The notes below the pieces were generated by a model. It saw nothing but the letters and a program-made list of their open reading frames with translations, had not been told where the DNA came from and searched no databases. A stretch of DNA of 64,000 nucleotides from Dehalococcoidia bacterium (GTDB lineage Bacteria; Chloroflexota; Dehalococcoidia; GIF9; AB-539-J10), in assembly GCA_016930935.1 (NCBI GenBank), contig JAFGFT010000019.1, positions 5,664 to 69,663 of the forward strand, in the 5' to 3' direction. The translations under genes and the position numbers were made by a program. The stretch's first letter is position 1, and each line of letters starts with the position of its first letter. Shown one piece after another: positions 39,033 to 49,605 of the stretch.

Positions 39033-39701
39033 CTAGAGGATGCCCAGTTTCTTGTGTGACTCTTCGAACGTGGCTCCATTGTTCAGATTCGCCATGAACT
39101 GCCCTTCAAGCTCTTCACGGTGCTGGCATTCTTCCAGCACCTTCTGCGCCACGGCCGATGGGACGATAGCAACACAGGTGGCATCTGCCACTACGATGTC
39201 GCCGGAACACACGCGGATACCGGCCACCTCAATTGGCTCATTCACCGCGAGTATCCTGATTCGGGTGCGTGCGCCAGTGGCGCAGACATGACGCGAATAG
39301 GCTGGGAAGCCGATACTCATGATGTGGTCGATATCGCGACATCCGCCATCGATCACCATTCCTGCAACACCCCGCGCCTTCATGGCAGTGGCAGCCAACC
39401 CTCCGACATGTGAGACCTCCCTACCACCAAGATCCACCACAAACACGTCGCCTTCCTCCATCTTCTCAATCACCTTCCCAATCGGGAAATCGGCTGCGGT
39501 ATACGTATCCCGCTCACCAGCAATCGACTTGACAGTGAAAGCGCTTCCTGCAATTCTGACCTCAGGCATCAGGCATCGGAAGCCGTTCACAATTCCGCTT
39601 ATCTTCATGCTGTCCAGAACATCGCTGATGGTAGCCGTGGGAATGGCTTTGAATCCTTCAAGCATCTCTCCTGACGGGCGCGCTATCGTACCTTCCTGCA
39701 T
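39033..39701 (-). CDS. RraA-family / HMG-aldolase-like protein
   Basis: TATISD, GSAFTV, GGL, VIDGGCRD, GDIVVAD. Confidence 0.88.
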   Translation of the reverse strand: MQEGTIARPSGEMLEGFKAIPTATISDVLDSMKISGIVNGFRCLMPEVRIAGSAFTVKSIAGERDTYTAADFPIGKVIEKMEEGDVFVVDLGGREVSHVGGLAATAMKARGVAGMVIDGGCRDIDHIMSIGFPAYSRHVCATGARTRIRILAVNEPIEVAGIRVCSGDIVVADATCVAIVPSAVAQKVLEECQHREELEGQFMANLNNGATFEESHKKLGIL

Positions 39702-39743
39702 CTGGTTGTTCCTCCGCTTCAGATTCCCCGTACAGACCCCTGC

Positions 39744-40610
39744 CTATTGCCCCAGTATCTCCTTCAGAACCTCATCCTTCATGTGGTAGGTATGCTCCGG
39801 TCCGGGATACACGCCCTGCTCCACTTCTTGCTTGTACTGTTGCAGCGCCTGTACGATGACCTCAGCGAGGTTGGCGTACTTCTTCACGAACTTGGGCGTG
39901 AACTTCTCAAACAGTCCCAGGATGTCGTACATGTTGATCGTCTGCCCGTCGGTATTCGGCCCTGCACCCATCGTGGTGACAGGGATAGCCAACTCTTTGC
40001 AGATGACTTCGGCCAGACGGTCGGGCGCTCCTTCCAGCGTCAGCATGAATGCTCCGGCATCCTGTAGCGCCTTCGCATCATCAATCAGTCTGCGCGCAGT
40101 CGCCACATCAGTACCCTGCACCTTGAATCCGCCTGCCATGGCCGCACTCTGGGGAGTAATTCCGATGTGACCGACGACCGGAATACCGGCCCTGGCGATA
40201 GCCCTGACGGTCGGGGCGAAGTCCTGGCCGCCCTCCAGCTTCACCACATCCGCTCCGCCCTCTTTGACCAGTCTGCCGGCATTGTATATCGCGTCTCTGA
40301 TATCCGTCTGATAGGACAGGAATGGTAGGTCGCCAATGACCATGGCATACTGAGCAGCCCTGGACACTGCTTTACAATGGTAAATCATCTCATCCATAGA
40401 CACTGGGACGGTGCTCTTGAGACCCGCCATCACCATGCCACAGGAGTCTCCCACCAGGATGGCATCCACTCCAGCCCGGTCTGCCAGCAACGCCATGGGA
40501 TAGTCGTAGCACGTGATTCGGACAATCTTCTCGCCACGCTGCTTCTTCGCCAGCAGGTCCATGGGAGTGATCTTCTTTCTCTCCGGCGACTTGATGTCGG
40601 GTGACGTCAT
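39744..40610 (-). CDS. panB: 3-methyl-2-oxobutanoate hydroxymethyltransferase
   Basis: TCYDY, ILVGDS, DLPFLSY, VKLEGG, GHIGITPQ, PKFVK. Confidence 0.93.
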   Translation of the reverse strand: MTSPDIKSPERKKITPMDLLAKKQRGEKIVRITCYDYPMALLADRAGVDAILVGDSCGMVMAGLKSTVPVSMDEMIYHCKAVSRAAQYAMVIGDLPFLSYQTDIRDAIYNAGRLVKEGGADVVKLEGGQDFAPTVRAIARAGIPVVGHIGITPQSAAMAGGFKVQGTDVATARRLIDDAKALQDAGAFMLTLEGAPDRLAEVICKELAIPVTTMGAGPNTDGQTINMYDILGLFEKFTPKFVKKYANLAEVIVQALQQYKQEVEQGVYPGPEHTYHMKDEVLKEILGQ

Positions 40611-40666
40611 TGTCGGACGACCTCCTCAGTTCTTGCTATGCACCGCTTTGCCCTGTCCCTGCCGGT

Positions 40667-41419
40667 CTACCCGTACCGTGCCTGATCCAGCACCTTGAAA
40701 TCATGCCCCGGCAGCACATGGTCGGCCATGCGCTCCATATTCCTGAGCGTCTCGTAGTACAGGCTGAGGTTCTCAAAAATCATTCCAGGAATGGGACGCC
40801 CGAATTTGTTACCCTCAAGGTTCTCGTACAGCGGCACGTTGTCGCCGGCGATGTAGTACAACCCTTTGGCGGTATTGATGAGCGGACACTGCATCCCGGG
40901 CGCATGTCCCGGCGCAAAGACCAGTTTCAGTCCTTCGGCCAGGTCGTATTCGCCATCCAGCACTTCGAACTTCGTCTTGCTGTAGGCCGGCGTCATTCCT
41001 GTGATGGGAGCCTCATACACATTTGCGAAGATTGGAGGAGGCGCCGCCGCGTACTGCAATTCTCTCCTCTGGACCAGGAAGCGAGCATTGGTAAACAACT
41101 CATGGTTGTAGCAGTGGTCCCAGTGGAGATGCGTGGCCACCACGATGTCTATCTCTGCAGGGTTCACGCCGATGGCCGCAAGTGCCCGAGCGGGTTCCTG
41201 CTCCGGCGTGCGGACAAGGGATTTGTGATACTTCGTGCCCCACTCGGGCTCCGCGCATCCGGTATCTATCATGATGCGCTTGCCGCCACCTTCCACATAG
41301 AACATCAGCACAGGGGCCTTCACCTCGGTGCCCCATCCCTGACCCCACACAAACTGCGGCTTGTCGATGTTCAGTGTGCCCACACTCACCGGCGTGATAG
41401 TGTACTGAGTGCCATTCAT
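40667..41419 (-). CDS. Metallo-beta-lactamase-fold lactonase (AHL-lactonase family)
   Basis: IDTG, THLHWDHC, PGHAPG, IAGD, PGHD. Confidence 0.88.
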   Translation of the reverse strand: MNGTQYTITPVSVGTLNIDKPQFVWGQGWGTEVKAPVLMFYVEGGGKRIMIDTGCAEPEWGTKYHKSLVRTPEQEPARALAAIGVNPAEIDIVVATHLHWDHCYNHELFTNARFLVQRRELQYAAAPPPIFANVYEAPITGMTPAYSKTKFEVLDGEYDLAEGLKLVFAPGHAPGMQCPLINTAKGLYYIAGDNVPLYENLEGNKFGRPIPGMIFENLSLYYETLRNMERMADHVLPGHDFKVLDQARYG

Positions 41420-41616
41420 GTGATGCCTCCTTCCACGCATCGCTGCAACTTCGCGCCATTCTAGCACCGTGGAATTCGGGGAAACACAATACGTGCTTCA
41501 GCGAATCGCAGGAAGAACGACGCGCCTGTTGAAACAACAGGCGCGCCATGATCTGATTTGGAGCAACACTATCGCTGGTAGTGTCTCCCCACGCCATGAC
41601 CCAACAACTCCGAGAA

Positions 41617-44600
41617 TCAGCCGCTTCTTCCCTTGCCGATTACTCCTTTCCACGCCAGGATTCCCAGCACTATCGCCGCAGCCGCGACCCCGATGAGAAC
41701 CGGCACGAGCGGGAAGCTGCTGCCCTGCGGCGTGCTCTCCTTGCCGTTGCGAAGAACGTGAAGACTGCCGCTCTCCTCCGTTGTCCTCCAGTCTTCGGGA
41801 GTGAGCTCGACTGTCTCTCCTCCACCCACCCTCACATCTTCGACGGTGGACCCAGGGATGAACGGCAGGTCCTCAAGATCCCCTTCCACTTCATCCAGTG
41901 ATTCCGTACTCCTCATCGTAGCGTCGAATTCCAGATCGTCCTCCCCATTGTTCTCAACCACCAGGGAATCGCCTCCCTCTTCGACAAAGACCGAGAAATC
42001 TATGTCACCGAGTGTCGGCGCAATCTCCATCACGTATTCACGTCCGATGAAGTCGCTATCCGTGGCAGCGACGTATCCCTCAAACATATGAGCCAGGATG
42101 AGATTGAAGGTAGTGTCGGTCTGAGATGGCTTCACGCGCATCTTGTGACCGATTGCGTCTCCCCATGGCTCGAGAGTGAAAAAGTCCTCCGCTCCTGCGG
42201 AAAGGTGCTTCTGCTCAACGGCGAATAGTGAACCTCCACCCAGCAGGCCAAAGACGTACTCGTCATCCCCGTTGCCGGAGATACGTATCCGCATGGTCTT
42301 GTCAATGGGCAGGACGTACAGCTCATGCTCAGTGAACGGCCCTCCCATCATCGGGTACATGGCCATCGATTCCGGAATGTCCTCAACGACCTCCCCCTTG
42401 TAGATGCCGGTCATGTTGCCCTCTTCGTCCTCAATGACCAGATCGACGTCGCCGCCGATGGGGGCGAAGAGATACTGCCACACGCTAGGGATGTCGTGGT
42501 CGGTCAGGTGCGGGCCCCATGGCCCTGCTATTTCGTTCTCCTGCCCCATGTCGCCGCAGGCCTCTTCGTAGCTGAAGTAGTTCAGCTCGTCGTTCCACGT
42601 CGTTCCATCGCCCCATAGGTAGCTCCAGCTCGAGCCGTCGAACTCGACGTAGGGATAGTGGTTCCTGTTATTGAAGTCGAATGCAGGATTGTCAGTGCCG
42701 CCGTCGCGGGTGGAGATGATGCCACCCTCGCGGTTGCAGTCATAGATGTAGATACGTGTGGTGCCATCGGGCATGTGTCGGGACATCCATGGCACGACGG
42801 CATGGCCGCCGCTCTCGTAGATGCCCATCACCCCGGGCACGTCGTTGTAGAGGTCGGCTTCAATGGAGTTGAGCTTGTCAGACGTGCTTACGTAGCGCTG
42901 GTGGTAGCGTGTGAACGCGACCTCCTCACCTAGCTGGCCGCCCTGCCGGGCCTCAACCCATTCCTTTGTGTAACTGTTGTCGTAGCTCATGTAGGAGGCC
43001 GCACTGGCTGATGGTTCCACCGCGTTGGCGGTCACCCTGTTCTGGTATATCTCGTTGCAGAGCGTGCTCATGCCGAAGCACTCACCGTTGTCAGCGATGC
43101 TCTTGAAGGCCGCGTGGTACCAGATGAGCGCATAGGGACTCTTCCACTCTTCCGGCAACCAGTAGCATTCCCCCACGCCGAAGGTCTGCACCATCCGTTC
43201 CCAGGACAACCTGCTGTTCGACGGGTTGTGGAACCCGGGTGCCGCTGTTGACATCAGCAGGAGGCCACCAGGATTGACGATATCGATGTACTCACCATCG
43301 GTGCTTGTGTAGTTGCCTTCGAGGTCAACAGCGCTGGCACGGCACGAAAACGTGGTAGCGCTGGGATTGTCATTGACCCAGTACACAGTCTCGCTGACGG
43401 AGTTCTCTCCGTCAAAGTCGAAGTGCTGCTCCCCGAGTCCGCTGACGTGTATGTCAAGATAGTCGATGCCTTCAGGGTCCGTGGCGGTCGCCGTTATGGT
43501 CGCAACCTGACCATCTTCCCTGATAAGCCGGTACCGTTCCGGGATCACCTCATCGATCTCCCATTCGATATCCACATTGACCTCGGGGGCAGTACCCGTA
43601 CCTACCACGGGAATCGTGACGCTTTGAATCACTTGCGAAGTAGTGGCACTACGATCTTTGGCCGCCACCAGGTACCCCAGCGACGGCAGCACCGCCTCCT
43701 CGGTATACGACACGCTGAGTTCGGTCTGTCCGGACGACGCATCACGTCGTGCCAGCTCTCTGGAGCCCCGGTATATCGCGACGTACCGCATCTCCACGTC
43801 GTCGGTGGCAGTCGCCGTGATGGTCACCATCTGACCGGGCGCAGGATGAGCTGGCGACCAGTGAATATCCAGGTCGCAGGGAACCGTGTCTTCGACGGGC
43901 GTGGGAGGAGGCGGAGTCGGTTCCGGCGCAGCCCCGAGGTAGGAGATGACAAGCGACGGGTGGTAGCTGTGCTCATCGCTGTAGAAGGCTATCGAGCGGC
44001 TACAATCCGTCCAAGTGGGACACAGCGCAAGGCGCAAGCCGTGGTGGTAGGCAATAGCATCGTTCAGGGCAAACTCCGGGATATCGAGATACGTCCATCC
44101 GTTCGCCGAGGACACCGACGTGCTGGCGGTCGGCGAGTTGTAGCGGTTCGGACGGGTGTTCCACGTCGCAGAGCCTTCATTGAAGCCATCCATCAACCCG
44201 TAGACCTTGACGGTGCCGGAGAGTCCGGATTCCTTGCGAATCTTGACCTGGGCTTCCGTTATCGAGGCGCCATCGGGCAGTGGTCCACCATCAGCTTCGG
44301 CAATAGGGCCGATATCCAGCAATGTCCACAGTTGCCCGCAGAATTCGGGGCCGGTGCCGACACGGAGGTAGTCACCCTGGAGTGCCCCGTTGTTGTTGGT
44401 GGAGGGGTTCGTTTCATCGACAAAGACCGCCTTCTGACACGCAACCTCCACCTCATACTCGGTCAGAGGGGCTGATTGGCAACTATCGGATTGCGGGTCT
44501 GTCGGCGCTGTCACCGACGGATTCGCTCCCAACGGTCGTTCAGTGATACTACCAGCGGGCATACTGCCCATGGTGGCGGTCAGCAACAGACACGAGAGGA

Positions 44601-44703
44601 GCAATGCTGCTACCGGAAGTCTATGTTGAGGTCGCCTCCGTGCGACCCTCCCCGACGAATTCTCGAAAGGACCCCTGGGAGTGTCACCTGTCAACGTGCC
44701 CAT
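41617..44703 (-). CDS. Large secreted, C-terminally anchored protein with DNRLRE-like domain, Ig-like repeats and a putative Cys-His-Asp catalytic domain
   Basis: Signal region; FVDETNPSTN..LRVG..LPDGASITEAQ..ATWNTRP; GECFGMS, GHAVVPW, IYDCN; C-terminal TM plus basic tail. Confidence 0.75.
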   Translation of the reverse strand: MGTLTGDTPRGPFENSSGRVARRRPQHRLPVAALLLSCLLLTATMGSMPAGSITERPLGANPSVTAPTDPQSDSCQSAPLTEYEVEVACQKAVFVDETNPSTNNNGALQGDYLRVGTGPEFCGQLWTLLDIGPIAEADGGPLPDGASITEAQVKIRKESGLSGTVKVYGLMDGFNEGSATWNTRPNRYNSPTASTSVSSANGWTYLDIPEFALNDAIAYHHGLRLALCPTWTDCSRSIAFYSDEHSYHPSLVISYLGAAPEPTPPPPTPVEDTVPCDLDIHWSPAHPAPGQMVTITATATDDVEMRYVAIYRGSRELARRDASSGQTELSVSYTEEAVLPSLGYLVAAKDRSATTSQVIQSVTIPVVGTGTAPEVNVDIEWEIDEVIPERYRLIREDGQVATITATATDPEGIDYLDIHVSGLGEQHFDFDGENSVSETVYWVNDNPSATTFSCRASAVDLEGNYTSTDGEYIDIVNPGGLLLMSTAAPGFHNPSNSRLSWERMVQTFGVGECYWLPEEWKSPYALIWYHAAFKSIADNGECFGMSTLCNEIYQNRVTANAVEPSASAASYMSYDNSYTKEWVEARQGGQLGEEVAFTRYHQRYVSTSDKLNSIEADLYNDVPGVMGIYESGGHAVVPWMSRHMPDGTTRIYIYDCNREGGIISTRDGGTDNPAFDFNNRNHYPYVEFDGSSWSYLWGDGTTWNDELNYFSYEEACGDMGQENEIAGPWGPHLTDHDIPSVWQYLFAPIGGDVDLVIEDEEGNMTGIYKGEVVEDIPESMAMYPMMGGPFTEHELYVLPIDKTMRIRISGNGDDEYVFGLLGGGSLFAVEQKHLSAGAEDFFTLEPWGDAIGHKMRVKPSQTDTTFNLILAHMFEGYVAATDSDFIGREYVMEIAPTLGDIDFSVFVEEGGDSLVVENNGEDDLEFDATMRSTESLDEVEGDLEDLPFIPGSTVEDVRVGGGETVELTPEDWRTTEESGSLHVLRNGKESTPQGSSFPLVPVLIGVAAAAIVLGILAWKGVIGKGRSG

Positions 44704-44999
44704 GAAACACCCTCCTTGAAGCAGACCATCGACTGCTCTGTCATTTGTGGGGGCAGTATCATAGTCTTATACGCTGAATCGTCCTGTCAAGTTGACTCCG
44801 AGGGAAGGTCGCCGTACCTCAATGATACGTTTGCCGGTCCGTGTTGCGTCACTATCTGCAACGTGCAGGTGACCGGTCCAGGAGTCCAGTTGGCTTTCTG
44901 CGAAGAGATGCCGAATATGAATGAAGAATGAGCCTGTCGCATCCCTCGCGGAAGGGCGCCAGGCTCATGTCAGACAAGAGCAGAGTGGGAGAACAGTCT

Positions 45000-45965
45000 C
45001 TAGAGGGGATAGCGCTCCGGGTGAGCCCGAACTTCCTTTGCGAAATCCTCAACGATGGCATCAACCGTACCGAACTTAGGCTGCCAGTCCCATTCCGCGC
45101 GAGCAGGGTCATCATTCAGTGCATCAAATCGCAGGGTAGCGAAATACTGCACCACGACAGGGTCAGGGTCATACGAAATGACAGCGTCCGGTATCAACCT
45201 CTTCACCGCAGCTTCGATATCTCTCGGAGTCGCAGAAACGTTGACCCCTGCAATGTTGTAGTTGATGGTCTTGATTCTGTCCATGTCCGCATCAGACAGA
45301 GCAGCGAACGCGGCAGCCGTGTCCTTGTAGTAAATCAACGGAAGCCCTCTGTCCGGCAGTCCGTAGCACACGTATGGTCTGCCCAGTGCGGCCGCCTCAA
45401 TCATCCATGAGTTGTATTGCCCGATAGCCCGTGTCTTGATACCCGGCCCCACCAGTGACGGGATTCGGACAGACCGGAAATCCGTTCCGAACTTCTTGCG
45501 ATAGAACCGGCCCTGTAGTTCCGCAAACACCTTTGTGCTGCCGTACATCGTGGTTGGCCGCTGAAGTGTCGTGTCGGTAATCTCAGGTGCATCTATGTCC
45601 AGACCGTATGTACCTGTGGTGCTGGCCATGATGATCTTGTTGGGACCGAACAAACGGACTGCCTCAAGCATGTTCATCGTCCCCACCACGTTCACCTGGA
45701 ATGCCGCCCATGGATTCGCCTCCGAGGGCAGACTCAGCATTGCCGCCAAGTGGTAGACGCAATCGATGGAGTTGTCATGAAAGACGTTCATGACCTCGGG
45801 CCAGTTTGTGATGTCCCCAATAACGATCTTTGGTTTGCGGCTGGCTCCATCCCAGTGATTCGTCTGTGCCCTGTCCAGGACAACTACTTCATCGCCCCGT
45901 TCGAGAAGCTGGTCTACCAGGCACGCGCCGATGAAGCCAGTGCCTCCTGTAACAAGCTTTGCCAT
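45000..45965 (-). CDS. NAD-dependent epimerase/dehydratase (extended SDR, L-threonine dehydrogenase-like)
   Basis: LVTGGTGFIG, YHLAAMLS, RPTTMYGSTK, DFRSVR. Confidence 0.85.
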   Translation of the reverse strand: MAKLVTGGTGFIGACLVDQLLERGDEVVVLDRAQTNHWDGASRKPKIVIGDITNWPEVMNVFHDNSIDCVYHLAAMLSLPSEANPWAAFQVNVVGTMNMLEAVRLFGPNKIIMASTTGTYGLDIDAPEITDTTLQRPTTMYGSTKVFAELQGRFYRKKFGTDFRSVRIPSLVGPGIKTRAIGQYNSWMIEAAALGRPYVCYGLPDRGLPLIYYKDTAAAFAALSDADMDRIKTINYNIAGVNVSATPRDIEAAVKRLIPDAVISYDPDPVVVQYFATLRFDALNDDPARAEWDWQPKFGTVDAIVEDFAKEVRAHPERYPL

Positions 45966-46231
45966 GTTCAAATACCTCCCGCTCGGTTCTACTGTCAATA
46001 CCTCGGACGAGGATGACCCTCTCCGTGTCAAATCGCATATTACGTCATAGCGTATGCCGACGCCAGCCGAAGATGGTGAGCGCGGCTAGTTCCCTGCGCT
46101 TTATCAGACCACCCACCTTCACTTGCAGCACGCAAGTGCGAGTCTGTACATTCACTGGCACCGAGGGGAGGCTCCACCGTCGGAGCTACTGACCGATGCG
46201 GCGGAGCCCCCGCCCGAAAGAGGAGCAACCA

Positions 46232-47872
46232 TTGCTCACTAGAATCAGTGTCCTGGCAGCTTACTTCGTCATCCTTCTCTCCATCGGCTTTCTGGCGCGA
46301 AGACGTCTCAAAGACAGCCCTGGAGAGTATTTCCTTGCGGGTCGCAGTCTTTCTGTCTTCGTCCTCGTCGGGACCATGGCAGCCACCAATTTCTCCGCCT
46401 TCACCGTGTTTGGCACATCAGGAGCCGGATATCGCGACGGCCTTGCCTTCTTCCCCATCATGGCGTTCGGCACAGGCTTCATGGCCCTCACTTTCTGGCT
46501 GCTCGGCCGCAGGATTTGGAGGCTCGGTCGTGCCCGCGGCCTCATCACACCGGCAGAATTGATAGGCTCCCTCTACAACCACCGGGGTCTGAGTGCCTTG
46601 TTCGCTCTCGGCATGGTCGTCTTCACCATTCCATACCTCGCGCTGCAGCCACTGGCCGCCGGGCTGGTCCTCAACAGCCTCTTCGGACTGCCACAGGCCG
46701 CTGGTGCCGGCCTCATTACGCTCATCATCGTGCTCTATACCGTACGTGGGGGATTCAGGGCTGTGGCGTGGACAGACGTCTTCCAGGGCCTGCTCATGGT
46801 GACGTTGATGGTAGTTGCCCTCCTGCTGGTTGCCTCCCACTTCGGCGGGCTGACGCAGGCCACAAAAGAGGCACTGCAGTTGCACCCGGAACTGTTCTCG
46901 CGCCCCGGCGGTGCGGGCTTCTACACCCCCGCCATCTGGTTCTCCTACCTGATGCTCTGGTTCTTTTGCGACCCCATGTTTCCGCAACTCTTTCAACGTT
47001 TCTACACGGCACGAAGTGAGCGAGTACTGGGCCGGACTATGCTGCTCTATCCCGCCATCTGCACGCTGGCCTTCTTCCCTCCCGTGGCACTTGGCGTCCT
47101 GGGACGGCTCAACTTTCCGGGCCTGGCTGACAAGGCTGCCGACAATATCGTCCCTCTGCTGATGACGACTATCGCGGGTGACTTCATGGGCACCCTCATC
47201 CTCACCGCCGGGCTGGCTGCCCTTATGTCCACAATGGATTCCCAACTTCTCACGCTGTCCTCGATATTCGCACGTGACCTTCATCCCCTCATCTCCCGAA
47301 AACCCGACACGACCGGCCGCACGGGCCGGTTCTTCGTCCTGGGTCTCGCCATCGTCGGGTTCGCCCTTGCAATCAACCCTCCCGCCACCATCCTGCAGAT
47401 TGCCACTCAGGCCTTCACAGGCCTCGCAGTGCTGTTCCCAACGGTCTTCTTCGGGCTCTATCTGAAGACACCACGCCCTACAGCGGCGCTCGCCTCCATC
47501 ATCACAGGCGAGGCACTGGTCATTGCCTACGCCCTTCACCTCCTGCCCACCTTCGGATTCCTGCCCGCCGTGCCGGCAATCGCAGGAGCTATCCTTGCCT
47601 ACGTGTTGGCTCTGCCGCTGCATCGACTGCGCTACAGTCCCTGCCTCCAACGAAGACCTGCCATATGCCTCACAGGATTCGGCCTTCTGTTCCTCGCGGC
47701 TCAGGACTTCTGGCGCTGGGGGGAAACGGGGCCTCTCATCCTCGGATGGCCGACCTGGGCCTGGTATTTCGTGGTTCTCAGCGCCGCACAGACAGCCCTC
47801 ATGGTCTACTGGCTGCAAACCCCTGAACCTGTTGCAGGGACACTGGACGGAACGAGGACCGTAACGAACTGA
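46232..47872 (+). CDS. Sodium:solute symporter (PanF/PutP-like) with a fused C-terminal small membrane domain
   Basis: YFLAGRSL, ATNFSAFTVFG, AWTDVFQG, AALMSTMDSQLL; TTG start after GAGGAG. Confidence 0.9.
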   Translation: MLTRISVLAAYFVILLSIGFLARRRLKDSPGEYFLAGRSLSVFVLVGTMAATNFSAFTVFGTSGAGYRDGLAFFPIMAFGTGFMALTFWLLGRRIWRLGRARGLITPAELIGSLYNHRGLSALFALGMVVFTIPYLALQPLAAGLVLNSLFGLPQAAGAGLITLIIVLYTVRGGFRAVAWTDVFQGLLMVTLMVVALLLVASHFGGLTQATKEALQLHPELFSRPGGAGFYTPAIWFSYLMLWFFCDPMFPQLFQRFYTARSERVLGRTMLLYPAICTLAFFPPVALGVLGRLNFPGLADKAADNIVPLLMTTIAGDFMGTLILTAGLAALMSTMDSQLLTLSSIFARDLHPLISRKPDTTGRTGRFFVLGLAIVGFALAINPPATILQIATQAFTGLAVLFPTVFFGLYLKTPRPTAALASIITGEALVIAYALHLLPTFGFLPAVPAIAGAILAYVLALPLHRLRYSPCLQRRPAICLTGFGLLFLAAQDFWRWGETGPLILGWPTWAWYFVVLSAAQTALMVYWLQTPEPVAGTLDGTRTVTN

Positions 47873-47952
47873 CACGAACGCACTGTGCGACTACCAGACT
47901 CCCATGCGGCCCGTCTTCTCCATCTCCAGCCCACTCCTGCTATCATTTCCAC

Positions 47953-48684
47953 ATGATGCAGCACCTTGCCGAGGGCGCCGCCCTGATGGGATACGCGCTT
48001 TCTTCCGCTCAGCTTCAGCAGTTTGAGGAATTCCGCACCGAACTGCAGCGCGGGAATGAGAGCATGAACCTGACGTCCATCAAACAGCCGGCAGATGTGG
48101 AGAAATTGCATTTTCTTGACTCTCTGACCGTGCTGCTCGCGCTCGACCTGCCGCAGAATGAAGACAACTCCCCATTGATACTGGACGTCGGCTCCGGCGC
48201 CGGATTTCCCGGCATTCCACTCAAGATAGTGCTCCCCAAAGCACGCATCAGAATGCTGGAAGCAACAGGGAAGAAGGTGTCTTTCATGAGACAGGTAATC
48301 ACCACGATGGGCCTGCCCAACATCGAGGTACTACAGGGTAGAGCAGAGGAACTCGCTCACACTCCAACCCTACGGGAATCCTTTCCCTTCGTCGTTTCAC
48401 GTGCGGTTGCCCCGCTCGCAACCCTCGTCGAACTGTGCCTGCCCTTCTGTAGCGTCGGCGGCACGTTCATCGCAATGAAGAAGGGGGACATGGATGCCGA
48501 ACTGAAAGCAGCCGCGCACGCCATCAGGGTTCTTGGAGGAGAGCCCCTCAGTCGCATGGCCGTCCCATCAAAGCTGTTCGAGGACAACCGCATACTGGTC
48601 ACCATCGAGAAGCGCATCGCCACTCCACGTTCCTACCCACGGAGGCCCGGCGTACCGTCCCACAACCCCCTGCTCAAGGGCTGA
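47953..48684 (+). CDS. rsmG: 16S rRNA m7G527 methyltransferase
   Basis: MNLTSI, HFLDSL, DVGSGAGFPGIPL, GRAEE, SRAVA, YPRRPG. Confidence 0.94.
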   Translation: MMQHLAEGAALMGYALSSAQLQQFEEFRTELQRGNESMNLTSIKQPADVEKLHFLDSLTVLLALDLPQNEDNSPLILDVGSGAGFPGIPLKIVLPKARIRMLEATGKKVSFMRQVITTMGLPNIEVLQGRAEELAHTPTLRESFPFVVSRAVAPLATLVELCLPFCSVGGTFIAMKKGDMDAELKAAAHAIRVLGGEPLSRMAVPSKLFEDNRILVTIEKRIATPRSYPRRPGVPSHNPLLKG

Positions 48685-48789
48685 TTCACCCTCTTTGAGG
48701 CCCCCCTTCGGATCCCCGGCGCCCGCTTCAAGGCACACACGAAAATGTGCTAGGATACGAGCAAACCACCAAAAGGAGACTACACAACG

Positions 48790-49560
48790 ATGGATTCTTC
48801 TCCATTCTCGCTTGAGGGCAAGATTGCTCTTATCACGGGTGGAAGCAGGGGTATTGGAAGGGAGGCCGCTCTCCAGTTCGCCGGCGCTGGTGCCGACGTG
48901 GTTGTCGTCGGCCTCGATCTCCCCGACCTTCAGAACGTTGCTGCCGAGGTCAAGGCTCTTGGGCGCAGGTCCCTCGCACTCGAGGTAGATCTGACAGACA
49001 GCGAGCAGATATTCTCAACCGTCGCCCGCGCAACTACGGAGATGGGAGCGATAGACATACTCGTCAACAATGCAGGCATGGGTCTGACCGAGCGCTTCAT
49101 GGAAGGCAAGATAGCAACCTGGACGAAGCTCCTCAGCCTCAACCTTCTCGGCCACATCGTGATTACACGGGCCGTCCTGGAAGGGATGATAGAGAGGCAG
49201 TCAGGAAAAATAGTCAACATTGCGTCAGATGCTGGCCGAGCCGGCAGCTCCGGCCAGGTTGTCTACGGCGCCACCAAGGGTGGCATGATAGCCTTCACAC
49301 GGAACCTCGCCGTGGAGATGTCTCGCTACAAGATAAACATCAACTGTGTTTCGCCCGGCCTTATCAACACTGTCATGTGGAATAAGACCCGACAGGTGAC
49401 TCCCAAACTCGCCGAGGCGTACGAGAAGACCATCCCTTGGAAGAGGCTTGGAACACCGGCCGAGATTGCCTCTGCGATACTCTTCCTCGCCTCAAACAAG
49501 GCTGACTACATCACCGGACAGATACTCAGCGTCAATGGCGGTGTTTTCATCGGCGGTTGA
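48790..49560 (+). CDS. Short-chain dehydrogenase/reductase (FabG/BadH-like)
   Basis: TGGSRGIG, NNAG, SDAGRAGSSG, YGATK. Confidence 0.9.
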   Translation: MDSSPFSLEGKIALITGGSRGIGREAALQFAGAGADVVVVGLDLPDLQNVAAEVKALGRRSLALEVDLTDSEQIFSTVARATTEMGAIDILVNNAGMGLTERFMEGKIATWTKLLSLNLLGHIVITRAVLEGMIERQSGKIVNIASDAGRAGSSGQVVYGATKGGMIAFTRNLAVEMSRYKININCVSPGLINTVMWNKTRQVTPKLAEAYEKTIPWKRLGTPAEIASAILFLASNKADYITGQILSVNGGVFIGG

Positions 49561-49605
49561 CGGCAAGAGCCGATTGTCATTCGGACATAAGGAGGAACGC
49601 GCAGC

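Noticed and set aside
46040-46230. Possible riboswitch upstream of the sodium:solute symporter
   Set aside because: Several small hairpins, but no recognisable aptamer consensus or terminator
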